Source: Vulcanimicrobiota bacterium (GTDB lineage: Bacteria > Vulcanimicrobiota > Vulcanimicrobiia > Vulcanimicrobiales > Vulcanimicrobiaceae). Taken from it: a stretch of 64,000 nt of DNA. The translations under genes were made by a program, and so were the position numbers. A model generated the notes under the pieces. That model searched no databases. It worked only from the letters and a program-made list of their open reading frames with translations, and had not been told where the DNA came from. Within the stretch, counting starts at the first letter, position 1; each line of letters opens with the position of its first letter. Location of the stretch: contig CAWGBN010000003.1 of NCBI GenBank assembly GCA_963820825.1, positions 60,876 through 124,875 of the forward strand. Reading direction: 5' to 3'. Shown here in pieces: positions 9,683-19,185 of the stretch.

Positions 9683-11164
9683 TTACGAGCCCGAGACGAG
9701 ACGCAGGTTCGGCTTATCCGCGGCTTGATAATCAAGCGAAGCGACGATCTCGGCGATTCGCTCGAGGACCATGACGTGGCGCTGCTTCAGCGCCGCGTCG
9801 AGTGAGGCAACCCAGGATTCGTGCGCGTCGCCGATCAGCAGATCGCCGCGATAGACCCGTGCGGCGCTGCGATAGTGCGCGTAAGCCGCCCGCAGCTCGC
9901 CGCGTTCGTATTGCTCGTCGGCGTCGTTGGCATGCGAGACGAAGCGATTGACGTCGACGATTACGTTGTCGAGATCGATCGAAAGCTCTTCGCCCGCGCG
10001 GAAATAGGCTTCGACTTCCTTGAAGCCTACGATGTGGGCGATCGCTTTACGAATATTCGAACACGCCGTCCGCAGGCTCTGAGCGACGAGATGGCGTTCG
10101 GCGTCGGGCCAGAAGACTTGTCCGACCTCCGCGCGCGAACACGTCCCATTCGGCTGGAGCGCAACGTACTTGAAGATCTGGCGGTCGCGGCGGCGCACCC
10201 ACTCGATCGGCTGCTTATCGATTTCGGCGAGGAACCAGCCGAAGAGCCGCACTTGCATCGGCGTCACCGGTTGCGTGCGGCGGCCGTACCGGTCGTAGAG
10301 CCGGCTGCGCGATAGAGCGCGAAGCGGCCGGTAACCGTCGGGCGTATGGATGACGAAGAGCCCTTGCTCTTCGAGCGCCTGGAGCTGGGCTCGATCGTCG
10401 AGATACGAGCCGCTCATGAGCTTGAGCACGAGATCGGCCTCACGCTCGGCAACCTGCTTGAGCGATTCGGCGATAAACTCGTTGAAGAGATGTCCATGGC
10501 GCGTGCGCCAATGCTCGAAGGCCTGGGCGAGCGTCACGTTGTCCTCGGCGGCCTTGCGGAGCGCGCCGCTGACGACTTGCGGCCAGCCGTCGGTCGACTC
10601 GAGCATACGCAAGACGTCGGCATGCGTGAAGGGAACGCCGCAGGTCTCGGCTACGTGCCGGATTCCGGCCGCATCGAAGGCGAGCCGTTCGGCGTCGCAG
10701 AGCACCGCCGTCCCTTCCGAGACGAACCGGCCGGCATGGAACGCCGAGCGCGAGCGGCAGGCGATCAGCAGTGAGACGTCCTCCGGAAGGTCTTCGATCA
10801 GGCTCAGGATCGCCTCGATGCCGGGGGCATCGGGAACGTCCTCACAGTCGATCGCGAGCTCGAGGGGAACGCGGGCGGCGAGCGCCCGGACCATCTCGTC
10901 CTGCGAGCCGAACTGGACCTCCAATTGAAGAGCGCGAGCTACCGCGCTCCAGAACGTCTCCGGAGTCGCGTTCGCGGGGAGGGCGCAGTAGACGCCGTTG
11001 GTCGCGGCATGGCGCAAATATCCAAGAAGCGCCATCGTCTTACCGAAGCCGGGCGGTGCTACCAAAAACCGAACCGGAACGCTCCTAAAGCGTCCCAACC
11101 ATTCTTCCAGGCCTTGTCGCCGGACGATCGACGGCCCAAGGCGAGGCATCATCCCTGAGCTCAT
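9683..11164 (-). CDS. MalT-like NTPase fused to SARP/BTAD-type transcriptional regulator domain
   Basis: N-terminal APPGFGKT, LAFD, TDGWP; C-terminal VRLFGWF, FWPDAE..QSLRTACSNIRKA, VDVNRF, VYRGDLL. Confidence 0.75.
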   Translation of the reverse strand: MSSGMMPRLGPSIVRRQGLEEWLGRFRSVPVRFLVAPPGFGKTMALLGYLRHAATNGVYCALPANATPETFWSAVARALQLEVQFGSQDEMVRALAARVPLELAIDCEDVPDAPGIEAILSLIEDLPEDVSLLIACRSRSAFHAGRFVSEGTAVLCDAERLAFDAAGIRHVAETCGVPFTHADVLRMLESTDGWPQVVSGALRKAAEDNVTLAQAFEHWRTRHGHLFNEFIAESLKQVAEREADLVLKLMSGSYLDDRAQLQALEEQGLFVIHTPDGYRPLRALSRSRLYDRYGRRTQPVTPMQVRLFGWFLAEIDKQPIEWVRRRDRQIFKYVALQPNGTCSRAEVGQVFWPDAERHLVAQSLRTACSNIRKAIAHIVGFKEVEAYFRAGEELSIDLDNVIVDVNRFVSHANDADEQYERGELRAAYAHYRSAARVYRGDLLIGDAHESWVASLDAALKQRHVMVLERIAEIVASLDYQAADKPNLRLVSGS

Positions 11165-11218
11165 AACTTCCTAGGGGCGGTCAGTAAGCTGCCCCCTCTG
11201 TAGTACGAGTATACTATT

Positions 11219-12160
11219 TTAATCATATCTTCGCAATATTGCGGTTTCCGGAAAAGTCCCCAGGAGCGATCGGGCCAAGGGGTCGAGACGCCGGAAGCGC
11301 CAGCGCGCCTCGTAGTTGAGCTTCCGGACCAGGTTGCGGAGCTTGACCCCCAGGGGCTGGGCCCGGGCCAGGCGCTCGGTCAATTCGTGATGCGGACGCA
11401 GAGCGGCGCTCAAGCGTTCGACCAGCGGGCGGGCTGCTTCGGGCGGTTGCCCGGTAAACCGGAGCAGCCGGGGATAGACCGGCGCGTAGTACCGCACGAC
11501 GTCGAAGGCGTCGAGCTCGTCCTCCCGCAGTACGTTTCCGGGCGCGCCGAGCGACGAATAGTGGCGTCCTTTCTCCGCGTGACGTCGCGGCTCGAGCGTG
11601 TGTCCGTAATGCGCGTAAAGGTACGGCAGAGCGACCCGCTTTCCGCCCAACCCGAGCAGCTGCTCGTGAACCGCACCCTCCCACCGGATGCCGGGCCGAT
11701 AGCGGAAGAACATCATGCGTCGTTCGATCGACGTATAGTAATCGAAGGATCCGAAGAAATGCCAGGTGTAGCCGTCGACAAAATCATAGGCGGCGGGCAC
11801 GTGTTCGAGATGCGCCGCGATGCGCCGGATCGCGGGTCCGTGCACCTCGTCGGCGTCGACGAAAGCGACCCATCGCGCGTCGCTGCGCTCGGCGTGCAAG
11901 CGCATGCAGACGTTACGCGCTGCAGAGAACGTCGTAAACGGGGTACGGTCGACGACGATCCTTCCCTCGCGCCCGAAGCGACTCTGCGCGAGCGTCGCCG
12001 CGTGCGGCGACGGGTTCGGAGCGTTATCGTTGACGATCAACACCGATGCGGCATCGGCGATCGAATCCAGCATCGCACCCAAGAATGGTTCCTCGCGCGA
12101 TCCAACGATCAAATGCGCCGCTACCACTCCTTCGACAGGCTCGGGACCCTCGGTGAGCAT
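11219..12160 (-). CDS. Glycosyltransferase family 2
   Basis: FSAARN, WVAFVDADE (DxD), WEGAVHEQL, HYG. Confidence 0.82.
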   Translation of the reverse strand: MLTEGPEPVEGVVAAHLIVGSREEPFLGAMLDSIADAASVLIVNDNAPNPSPHAATLAQSRFGREGRIVVDRTPFTTFSAARNVCMRLHAERSDARWVAFVDADEVHGPAIRRIAAHLEHVPAAYDFVDGYTWHFFGSFDYYTSIERRMMFFRYRPGIRWEGAVHEQLLGLGGKRVALPYLYAHYGHTLEPRRHAEKGRHYSSLGAPGNVLREDELDAFDVVRYYAPVYPRLLRFTGQPPEAARPLVERLSAALRPHHELTERLARAQPLGVKLRNLVRKLNYEARWRFRRLDPLARSLLGTFPETAILRRYD

Positions 12161-12192
12161 GACCGCATGGTTGCAAGTTCGAAGTCGGCGCG

Positions 12193-13245
12193 ATGCAGCC
12201 TCTAAGGCTCGCGGTCGACGCGCGCGTCATCGCCGAAGATACGCGCGGCATCGGACGCTACGCACGCGCCGTACTGCGGCGGCTCGCCCTGCGCGACGAC
12301 GTCGCGCTGACGCTGCTGGCCGATCCGCCGTTTCCGCGGCGACGGCATAGCGCCTACGCGCGCGCACTCGGCAGCGAGTCATTCATCGTTCGCGGCCGCG
12401 CGAGCGGCGATCTCGACCTGATCTGGCATCCCGCGAACGGAACCTTCTTCTCGTCTCACCTGCCCAGCGTCGTGACGATTCACGATGCGGTTCCGTTTCG
12501 CTACCCCGATCCCGACCCCAAGCGGCGCGCCCACGCACAGGGCCCCTTTCTGCGCTCGGCCGGCAGCGCGTCGCGGGTGATCGCCGTCTCGCACTTCGGT
12601 CGCGGGGAACTGCACGAACTGCTCGCCATTCCGCTCGATAGAATCGACGTTATCGAGCACGGCGTCGACGAGTCGTTCACACCGGGCGCAGCGGAACCGC
12701 TGCCCATGCCGTTGCACGGGCGGCCTTTTCTGCTCTTCGTGGGCGACCCGACCGCCGAGCCGCGAAAGAACTTCGCGCTGCTCTACGATGCCTACCGGCG
12801 CGCCTGGCCGTCGGTCGACGGACCGGCGCTCGCCGTTGCCGGCGCGCGGGCTCCGGACCTTCCGGGCGTGATACACGCTGGGAACTTTGGCGACGATTTG
12901 AACGCGGCGGGAGACGATTCGCTGCGGGCGTGCTATCGCGGCGCGACCGCGCTGACGCTCGCCTCGTATCACGAAACCTTCGGGATGCCGATGCTCGAAG
13001 CGATGGCCTGCGGAACGCCGGTTATTGCTTCGCGCGCGAGCTGCCTGCCCGAGATCGCGGGTGAGGCCGCGCTCTACGCGCCGCCGGACGATGCCCAGGC
13101 GTGGGCGGCCGCGTTGCGGAAAATCGTCGAGGATCGCGATCTGCGCGAGCATCTGCGCGTTGCCGGAATCGCGCGCGCGAAGCAGTTCACCTGGGACGAG
13201 AGCGTTCGGCGCCACGTCGCCGTCTTTCGTTCGGTTGCGCGATGA
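12193..13245 (+). CDS. Glycosyltransferase family 4
   Basis: GIGRY, VVTIHD, PRKN, ETFGMPMLEAMACGTPV, FTWD. Confidence 0.9.
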   Translation: MQPLRLAVDARVIAEDTRGIGRYARAVLRRLALRDDVALTLLADPPFPRRRHSAYARALGSESFIVRGRASGDLDLIWHPANGTFFSSHLPSVVTIHDAVPFRYPDPDPKRRAHAQGPFLRSAGSASRVIAVSHFGRGELHELLAIPLDRIDVIEHGVDESFTPGAAEPLPMPLHGRPFLLFVGDPTAEPRKNFALLYDAYRRAWPSVDGPALAVAGARAPDLPGVIHAGNFGDDLNAAGDDSLRACYRGATALTLASYHETFGMPMLEAMACGTPVIASRASCLPEIAGEAALYAPPDDAQAWAAALRKIVEDRDLREHLRVAGIARAKQFTWDESVRRHVAVFRSVAR

Positions 13246-14276
13246 TTCGGCTCGGAGTGGACGCGTGGAATCTGCCGGGCGACCACCGCGGCATCGGACG
13301 CTACCTGCGCGAGATCTTGCGCCTCTGGTACGAGCGCGAACGAGCGCGCGTCGACGTGACGCTGATTGTTCCCGAATGGCACACCTGGACGGTCCGGAAT
13401 CGCTACCAGCGCGAGCTCGAGGGCCGCAAGTATCGCATCGTCTCGCGTTCCCGGCATCGCCGGGCGAGGCTCGATGCGCTCTGGTTTCCCTTCAACGGCT
13501 GCAGCTGGACCAACTTTTCACTTCCGGCAACGGCAACGCTTCACGATGCCTCGAACTTCGTCGTTCCCGAATATCTCGGCGATGCCCAGCGGATCTTTCG
13601 CGCGGCCGCGCAGCGCTGCCGCGCGCTCGTGACCGATTCCCATTTCGCGCAGCGCGAGCTCGCGCGCGAGCTGCAGATCGCACCCGAGCGGCTCGTGCCG
13701 ATCCCGCTGGGCGTTGCGCCGCCGCGCCCTCCCGTTTCGGTTTCGCTCGACGTCGCGGCGCTAAGACCGTACGTCCTCTATGTCGGAACGGCCGAACGGC
13801 GCAAGGGGTTCGATACGCTGCTCGACGCGATGGCGCAGGTTGCGCGCGAGCGCCCCGATCTTCGGCTCGTCGTAACGACGCGGCTCGACCGATGGACGGT
13901 ACCGCCCGGCGTGCGCGTCGTTGAGCTCGGTTACGTCGACGACGATTCCCTCGCGGCGCTCTATCGCGGCTGCGCGATGCTCGCGTTTCCGTCACGCTAC
14001 GAGGGCTTCGGCCTGCCGGTGCTCGAGGCGATGAGTTACGGCGCGCCCGTCGTCGCGGCCGACGCATCGTCCGTGCCGGAGGCGGGCGGCGCTGCTGCGT
14101 GTTACGTGCCGTCGAGCAACCCCGGCGCGCTGGCCGCAGCGATTCTACGCGTCGCCGCAGACTCCGAATACGCTGCCGAGTTGCGGCGGCTCGGTCCGAT
14201 TCACGCCGCCGAGTTTACGTGGGAGCGCACCGCCTCGCGAACGCTGACGGTTATCGAGGAGACGGTGGCGGGCTAG
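13242..14276 (+). CDS. Glycosyltransferase family 4
   Basis: GIGRY, TLHD, RRKG, PSRYEGFGLPVLEAMSYGAPV; ATGA overlap with upstream GT4. Confidence 0.9.
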   Translation: MIRLGVDAWNLPGDHRGIGRYLREILRLWYERERARVDVTLIVPEWHTWTVRNRYQRELEGRKYRIVSRSRHRRARLDALWFPFNGCSWTNFSLPATATLHDASNFVVPEYLGDAQRIFRAAAQRCRALVTDSHFAQRELARELQIAPERLVPIPLGVAPPRPPVSVSLDVAALRPYVLYVGTAERRKGFDTLLDAMAQVARERPDLRLVVTTRLDRWTVPPGVRVVELGYVDDDSLAALYRGCAMLAFPSRYEGFGLPVLEAMSYGAPVVAADASSVPEAGGAAACYVPSSNPGALAAAILRVAADSEYAAELRRLGPIHAAEFTWERTASRTLTVIEETVAG

Positions 14277-14286
14277 GAGTATCGGC

Positions 14287-14751
14287 ATGATCCATCTTGC
14301 AACCGGAGTCGTGCTTCGAGAGGGCCTCTTGCTGCTCGTCTCGTCGCGATATCCGAATCACCCGGAGCCGCTTTGGAACTTACCCGGCGGGCGGCAACTA
14401 CCCGGCGAGCTGCTGACGGAGACCGTCGTCCGCGAGGTGCTCGAAGAGACCGGCGTCGCGGTCGAGCCGCGCGAGATTGCGTACGTTAGCGAGAGTTACG
14501 ACGGCAACGCGCATTATCTAAACGTGACGTTCGTGCTCGAGGTGGTTGGGGAGCCGGGTCAGGGTGTCGCGGCAGGCAACGATCACGTGGCGGAGGTTGC
14601 GTGGGTCCCGCTCGACGAGATCGCCCACCGAATGAAGATTGCGGTCGTACGCGAGCCGCTGCTTGCCTTTCTGCGGGAAGAATTACCGCAGCGCTACGCG
14701 GGCTATCACGAAGCCGGCGTCACGATCGAGTGGCCCGCCGATTCGCGCTGA
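14287..14751 (+). CDS. NUDIX hydrolase
   Basis: Nudix box PGG..LPGELLTETVVREVLEETGV. Confidence 0.9.
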   Translation: MIHLATGVVLREGLLLLVSSRYPNHPEPLWNLPGGRQLPGELLTETVVREVLEETGVAVEPREIAYVSESYDGNAHYLNVTFVLEVVGEPGQGVAAGNDHVAEVAWVPLDEIAHRMKIAVVREPLLAFLREELPQRYAGYHEAGVTIEWPADSR

Positions 14752-15292
14752 GTTCTGCCCAACGCAAACGGTCGAGCGAATGGGAGATGACGTCGACGGG
14801 CCGACCTTGAACCGTCGCCCCGCGCGGGAGCTTTCCTTGATCCGCGAAGCCGCTGCGGCGCAGCACGGCGCGCGACGAGAGGTTCTCCGGCAAGCAATAG
14901 GCGCGAATCTCGCGCAGCCGGGCGCGAGTGAAGCCTTCGTCGATCAGCGCCGCGACGGCCTCGCTGGCAATGCCTCGTCCGCGATGCGCGCGCACGACGC
15001 TGTAGCCGATCTCGGCGCTCGCGCGATTCGACTCGGCAATCCGCAGCGAGACCCAACCGAGCGGCTCATCGCCTGGCTCGAGATAGTGCACGAGCCATTC
15101 GAAGCGCCCAACCGAGCCAGGGGCAAATCGTGTGGGACGTCCGCCGACGACGCGACGGAACTGCTCGCGCTCGACGTCGGGAAGGTCTTGATATTCGCGC
15201 AAATCGGGTTCTTGCAGCACGCGCCAGAGCAGGACGGCATTCGCCGTCGTGACCGGAACCAGCCGCAGACGCGCCGTGCGGATCGTCCTCAT
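14720..15292 (-). CDS. RimJ/RimL-type GNAT acetyltransferase
   Basis: IRTARLRL, AEIGYSV..HRGRGIASEA, ENLSSRAVLRRSGF. Confidence 0.88.
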   Translation of the reverse strand: MRTIRTARLRLVPVTTANAVLLWRVLQEPDLREYQDLPDVEREQFRRVVGGRPTRFAPGSVGRFEWLVHYLEPGDEPLGWVSLRIAESNRASAEIGYSVVRAHRGRGIASEAVAALIDEGFTRARLREIRAYCLPENLSSRAVLRRSGFADQGKLPRGATVQGRPVDVISHSLDRLRWAELSANRRATRS

Positions 15293-15329
15293 CTTACCGC
15301 GTCATCACTAGACGCTTATACCACAGCGC

Positions 15330-15674
15330 GTGATGAGAGATGCGATGGATTTGGCGGCTGCGTATGCCGGGACCGCGCCGGCATGGGTCGATTTCACGGG
15401 CACGGTCGCATCGGCGCCGCACTTCTTCTTCGGCTCGCGCACGCACGCGATGCACGAGGCATTCGACGTTCAGAGCAGCGCCGGTCGTATCGAGATCGTC
15501 GACAACGTCGGGATCGCGCCGCGATGTCCGGTTCGCTCCGGAGACACCGTCGAGATCCGCGGCGAGATGGTCCACGATCCGGGACGTCCGCCGGTCGTAC
15601 ACTGGACGCATCACGATCCGTGGCACCACCATCCCGACGGCTTCATTCGCTTGCACGGGAAGTTGTACGCATAG
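15330..15674 (+). CDS. DUF3465-like protein
   Basis: HEAF, IVDNV, GDTVEIRGE, VVHWTHHDP..HHPDGFI. Confidence 0.65.
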   Translation: MMRDAMDLAAAYAGTAPAWVDFTGTVASAPHFFFGSRTHAMHEAFDVQSSAGRIEIVDNVGIAPRCPVRSGDTVEIRGEMVHDPGRPPVVHWTHHDPWHHHPDGFIRLHGKLYA

Positions 15675-16437
15675 GTGCGTGGGCTTCCATTTTCAATAGC
15701 TCGGGGATCGTGACGAAGCGATAGCCTTGACGCTTGAGCGCCTCGACGATTAAGCGCGTCGCCTCGACGTCGCCGCTGCGGTCGCAGAGCCGGCCAGGCG
15801 TGCGGAGGCGTGCACAGACGATGCCGCGATTGCCGTCGTGCAGGGTAATGATCGCACCGTCTCCGGCGTAGCGCAAGACGCGGGCGGCGATGACGCGCGG
15901 CGGCGGATTCTCCCAATCGTTGGCAAGCGGCACCGACCACATCACCGGCGTATAGCCGAGCTTACGAACCTCGTCGAGCACTAGCCAATCGCGGGCGCCG
16001 AAGGGTGGGCGCATGATCCGCGTGTGAAGGCCGGTTGCCGCGAAGATCGCCCGGTCGGTGCGTACCAGCGTGCGCCGCAGACTGCTGCCGTCGTCGAGCA
16101 GCAGGTGCTCGTGGGCCCACGTATGGTTGCCGACCGCGTCGCCGGCTTCGGATTCGTCGCGGACGACCGCCGGATAGGCCGCGACCGCGCGCCCGACGAC
16201 GAAGAACGTCGCGTGCACGTGCTCGGCCTGCAGCACCGCGAGGATCTGTCCGGTGTACGGCGGGTTTGGGCCGTCGTCGTAGGTAAGCGCGACGACGCGT
16301 TCGTCCTTCGGTCCGCTGACCAGCGTCTTGCCGAAGAGCTGGCTCGTCGGATTCTCGAGGATCTTATACGCCTGAAAAGCCACGGCAGCGAACACCGCGA
16401 GCGCGACGGCGCTGCGGATAGCGATGCGCCGAAGCAC
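15643..16437 (-). CDS. Polysaccharide deacetylase (CE4/NodB), membrane anchored
   Basis: ALTYDDGP, ATFFVVG, GNHTWAH, RPPFG, IITLHDG; GTG start inferred at 16437. Confidence 0.9.
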   Translation of the reverse strand: MLRRIAIRSAVALAVFAAVAFQAYKILENPTSQLFGKTLVSGPKDERVVALTYDDGPNPPYTGQILAVLQAEHVHATFFVVGRAVAAYPAVVRDESEAGDAVGNHTWAHEHLLLDDGSSLRRTLVRTDRAIFAATGLHTRIMRPPFGARDWLVLDEVRKLGYTPVMWSVPLANDWENPPPRVIAARVLRYAGDGAIITLHDGNRGIVCARLRTPGRLCDRSGDVEATRLIVEALKRQGYRFVTIPELLKMEAHAPMRTTSRASE

Positions 16438-16439
16438 GC

Positions 16440-17090
16440 TCAGCCGTGCATGCCGCGAATGCGGTCCTGCGCGACCCCGACGTTGTGGCGAAATTCGTCG
16501 GGTCCAAAACTGCGGAAGTCGTCGACGATTTCTTGGTAGCGCGAGTCGGCAACCTGGGTGCTCTGCATGTGGAGCAGGTCGCTCGGGACGCCCTTCGATA
16601 GGTCGATCTCGAACTGGTGCCCGGTCTTCGACGCCCAATACTTCGGATTGGTAAACGTGACGGTTCGCTCACCGTGCTTATAGTCGACGACCTGTTTTAC
16701 GTAGACCGTATAGGCGGCGTCATGATTGGGACGCGGCGGCTTGTCGTCGAGATCCCAGATGCCGTCTTGGACGAGCTTTCCAAAGAAAAAGCTTACGTCG
16801 TAGACGCGCGCCTCCGGCGCGGTCACGGTGATCTCGTGACCTTTATAGCCGCGAACGCGGTAGCGGAACGTCGAGACGCCCTCGACGTCCGACATGCGGT
16901 ACTCCTCTTCGTAGATCGGCGGCTTCGGATAGCGAACGAGCATGCGCGCATAGAGCTCGCTCGGCGCTTTTTGGATGTGAATCGCGGGACCAAAGCGCCC
17001 CATCTCGCCGGCCCCATAGATGCGCCAGCCGACGGCAATCATCACGACGACGATGACGACGATGAGCATTTCGATCGGGAACCGCCGCAT
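16440..17090 (-). CDS. Hypothetical membrane-anchored protein
   Basis: N-terminal TM helix, coding-like composition, operonic spacing. Confidence 0.75.
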   Translation of the reverse strand: MRRFPIEMLIVVIVVVMIAVGWRIYGAGEMGRFGPAIHIQKAPSELYARMLVRYPKPPIYEEEYRMSDVEGVSTFRYRVRGYKGHEITVTAPEARVYDVSFFFGKLVQDGIWDLDDKPPRPNHDAAYTVYVKQVVDYKHGERTVTFTNPKYWASKTGHQFEIDLSKGVPSDLLHMQSTQVADSRYQEIVDDFRSFGPDEFRHNVGVAQDRIRGMHG

Positions 17091-17099
17091 GACCAGCGC

Positions 17100-17585
17100 C
17101 TACTTTATCCGCGTCGGCGCTTCCTGGTCGAGAACGCGATTGACGAGGCCGTCGGCTAGCTTGTTCTCCTTGCGCGGGACGTGGCGAATCTCAATCTCGG
17201 CGAAGGCACGAACGAGTTGCCGCGCGCGCCGGTAGTACGGTTGCAACGCGACGTGCTTGACGCGGTACTCTCCGCGTAGTTGCTTGACGACGAGCTCGGA
17301 GTCGAGCCGAACGGCCAAGCGCCGTATTCCGCGTTTTGCCGCGGCCTCTAGGCCGATCACCAATGCGTTCCATTCGGCAACGTTATTGGTTGCAACGCCG
17401 AGGTACGCGCCGACCTCCTCGAGCAGCTCACCGCCCGAATCGATGAGCACCGCCGCGCTCGCGGCAGGGCCGGGATTGCCGCGCGATCCCCCGTCGGCAA
17501 AGAGCGTCGCTTCCACCACTCGCGGCTTCGCCGGTACCAAGGCATAGACCGCTCGCCCTGTGGGTACACCGGGGGCATGATGCAC
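17100..17585 (-). CDS. rnhA: Ribonuclease HI family protein (true start may be nearer 17519)
   Basis: ADGGSRGNPG, TNNVAEW, DSELVVKQ, HVPRKENKLAD. Confidence 0.88.
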   Translation of the reverse strand: MHHAPGVPTGRAVYALVPAKPRVVEATLFADGGSRGNPGPAASAAVLIDSGGELLEEVGAYLGVATNNVAEWNALVIGLEAAAKRGIRRLAVRLDSELVVKQLRGEYRVKHVALQPYYRRARQLVRAFAEIEIRHVPRKENKLADGLVNRVLDQEAPTRIK

Positions 17586-17930
17586 TTAACGACTCTTCGA
17601 GCCTCGGCGCTCGCGCTCGCGGCCGGGCTCCTCATCGCGCCGGTCAGCGCACCGGCCGCGACGACGTCGACGTTCTACGGCATTACCGTACACGTCTCGA
17701 CACAAAACATCAAAGTCCAGAATCCCAAGACCAAAGAGGTCTTGAGCTTCGTGATCCTTCCGAAGTTCGATCAGGTCTTCTCCGCGGATGGCAAGACGAC
17801 GTATCAGATGAGCAAGGTCAAAGCCGGTCAATACGTCGGAATCATCTACGATCAGAAGGGCTTGGGCGTCCGTCACGCCGACAAGATCTACTTGCTCGAC
17901 AACGCGAACGAGAGGATCGGCACGCAGTAG
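17577..17930 (+). CDS. Hypothetical secreted protein
   Basis: Signal peptide followed by a beta-rich domain. Confidence 0.75.
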   Translation: MMHLTTLRASALALAAGLLIAPVSAPAATTSTFYGITVHVSTQNIKVQNPKTKEVLSFVILPKFDQVFSADGKTTYQMSKVKAGQYVGIIYDQKGLGVRHADKIYLLDNANERIGTQ

Positions 17931-18018
17931 CCGGCGCTCCGCGAACCGGAGCGGCGGCAGGTCGCTCCGGCGGCGGCGCGAACAGCGCACGAGCCTTTTC
18001 TTCATCGGAGATTCTGCC

Positions 18019-19185
18019 GTGGCTAGGCTCGCCGTTATCGCACTCGTTCTCGCTTGCGCGACTCCGCTCGCCGCGTGCACCGGCAAACGGCCACAGCCGG
18101 CGCCGTCGGTCTCCAACGTCGCCGTGGAGGCCGCGATCGTCAAAGCGGTCGAGCAAGATCGCAAGCTCTACGGCGGAAAGACCGCCGTCCCCGGAGTGCT
18201 CGTCGGCGTCTGGGACGGCAGCGGCCACGCCTACGTTCACGCCTTCGGTTATGCCGATCTCGCCAAGCGCCGGCCGCTCTCGGCGGCCGATCACTTTCGC
18301 ATCGGCAGCAATACCAAGACCTTCGTCGTTGCCGTACTCTTGCAACTCGTCGACGAGAAGAGACTCAGCCTCGACGACCCGATCAGCCGTTTTTCAATCG
18401 GCGTTACGATTCCCAACGCCGATAAAATCACCGTACGCGAGCTCTGCCAGATGCGCAGCGGTCTCTTCGAGGCCTACGATTCGCCCGAGATGGCGAAGAT
18501 GAACGTCAAGCCCAATATGACCTTCGATCCCCGTACGATTATTAGGTGGGCGGTTCGGCAGCGGCCCTACTTTCCGCCGGGTCAGGGCTACCATTACAGC
18601 AATACCAACTATTTGATCATCGGGCTCATCGTCGAGCGGGTAGCGCACGACACGGTGGGCGATCAAATTCGCAAACGGCTCATCGCCCCATTCGGCCTGA
18701 CGCACACACTCTATCCCGAGACCCAAACGATGCCCGACCCCTGGGCTCACGGCTATGCTCTCGATGCGCATCGCCGCTGGGAGGACGTCAGCGGAACGAT
18801 CCCCGTCTCGCTCATGGGCGCTGCCGGCGCGATGATCTCCGACATGGGCGACATGAAGCGCTGGATCGAACTCTACGTGACCGGCAAGACGAGCGCGCCG
18901 GCAACCTATCGTGCCTTGACGCAATGCGTTCCCACCGGACAGCCCGGCCTCGCCTTCGGACTCGGTCTGGGCTGCAGCGTCGGCTGGTACGGTTACACCG
19001 GCGGGCTCCCCGGCTACAACACCGCCGACTATTACTTTCCCGCGACCGGAGCGATGGTCGTCGCGTGGGTCGACGTGCAGGCAAACTCACCATCTCCCGG
19101 AGTGGCGAACGCGATGTTCCGCGACATTGCACGCATCGTCACTCCGAACAACGTGCCGTTCGCGAAGGCCAATACGGGGCTATAA
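18019..19185 (+). CDS. Serine hydrolase, beta-lactamase/PBP family lipoprotein
   Basis: FRIGSNTKTF (SxxK), YSNTNY (YxN), YTGGLPGY; LAAC lipobox. Confidence 0.9.
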   Translation: MARLAVIALVLACATPLAACTGKRPQPAPSVSNVAVEAAIVKAVEQDRKLYGGKTAVPGVLVGVWDGSGHAYVHAFGYADLAKRRPLSAADHFRIGSNTKTFVVAVLLQLVDEKRLSLDDPISRFSIGVTIPNADKITVRELCQMRSGLFEAYDSPEMAKMNVKPNMTFDPRTIIRWAVRQRPYFPPGQGYHYSNTNYLIIGLIVERVAHDTVGDQIRKRLIAPFGLTHTLYPETQTMPDPWAHGYALDAHRRWEDVSGTIPVSLMGAAGAMISDMGDMKRWIELYVTGKTSAPATYRALTQCVPTGQPGLAFGLGLGCSVGWYGYTGGLPGYNTADYYFPATGAMVVAWVDVQANSPSPGVANAMFRDIARIVTPNNVPFAKANTGL

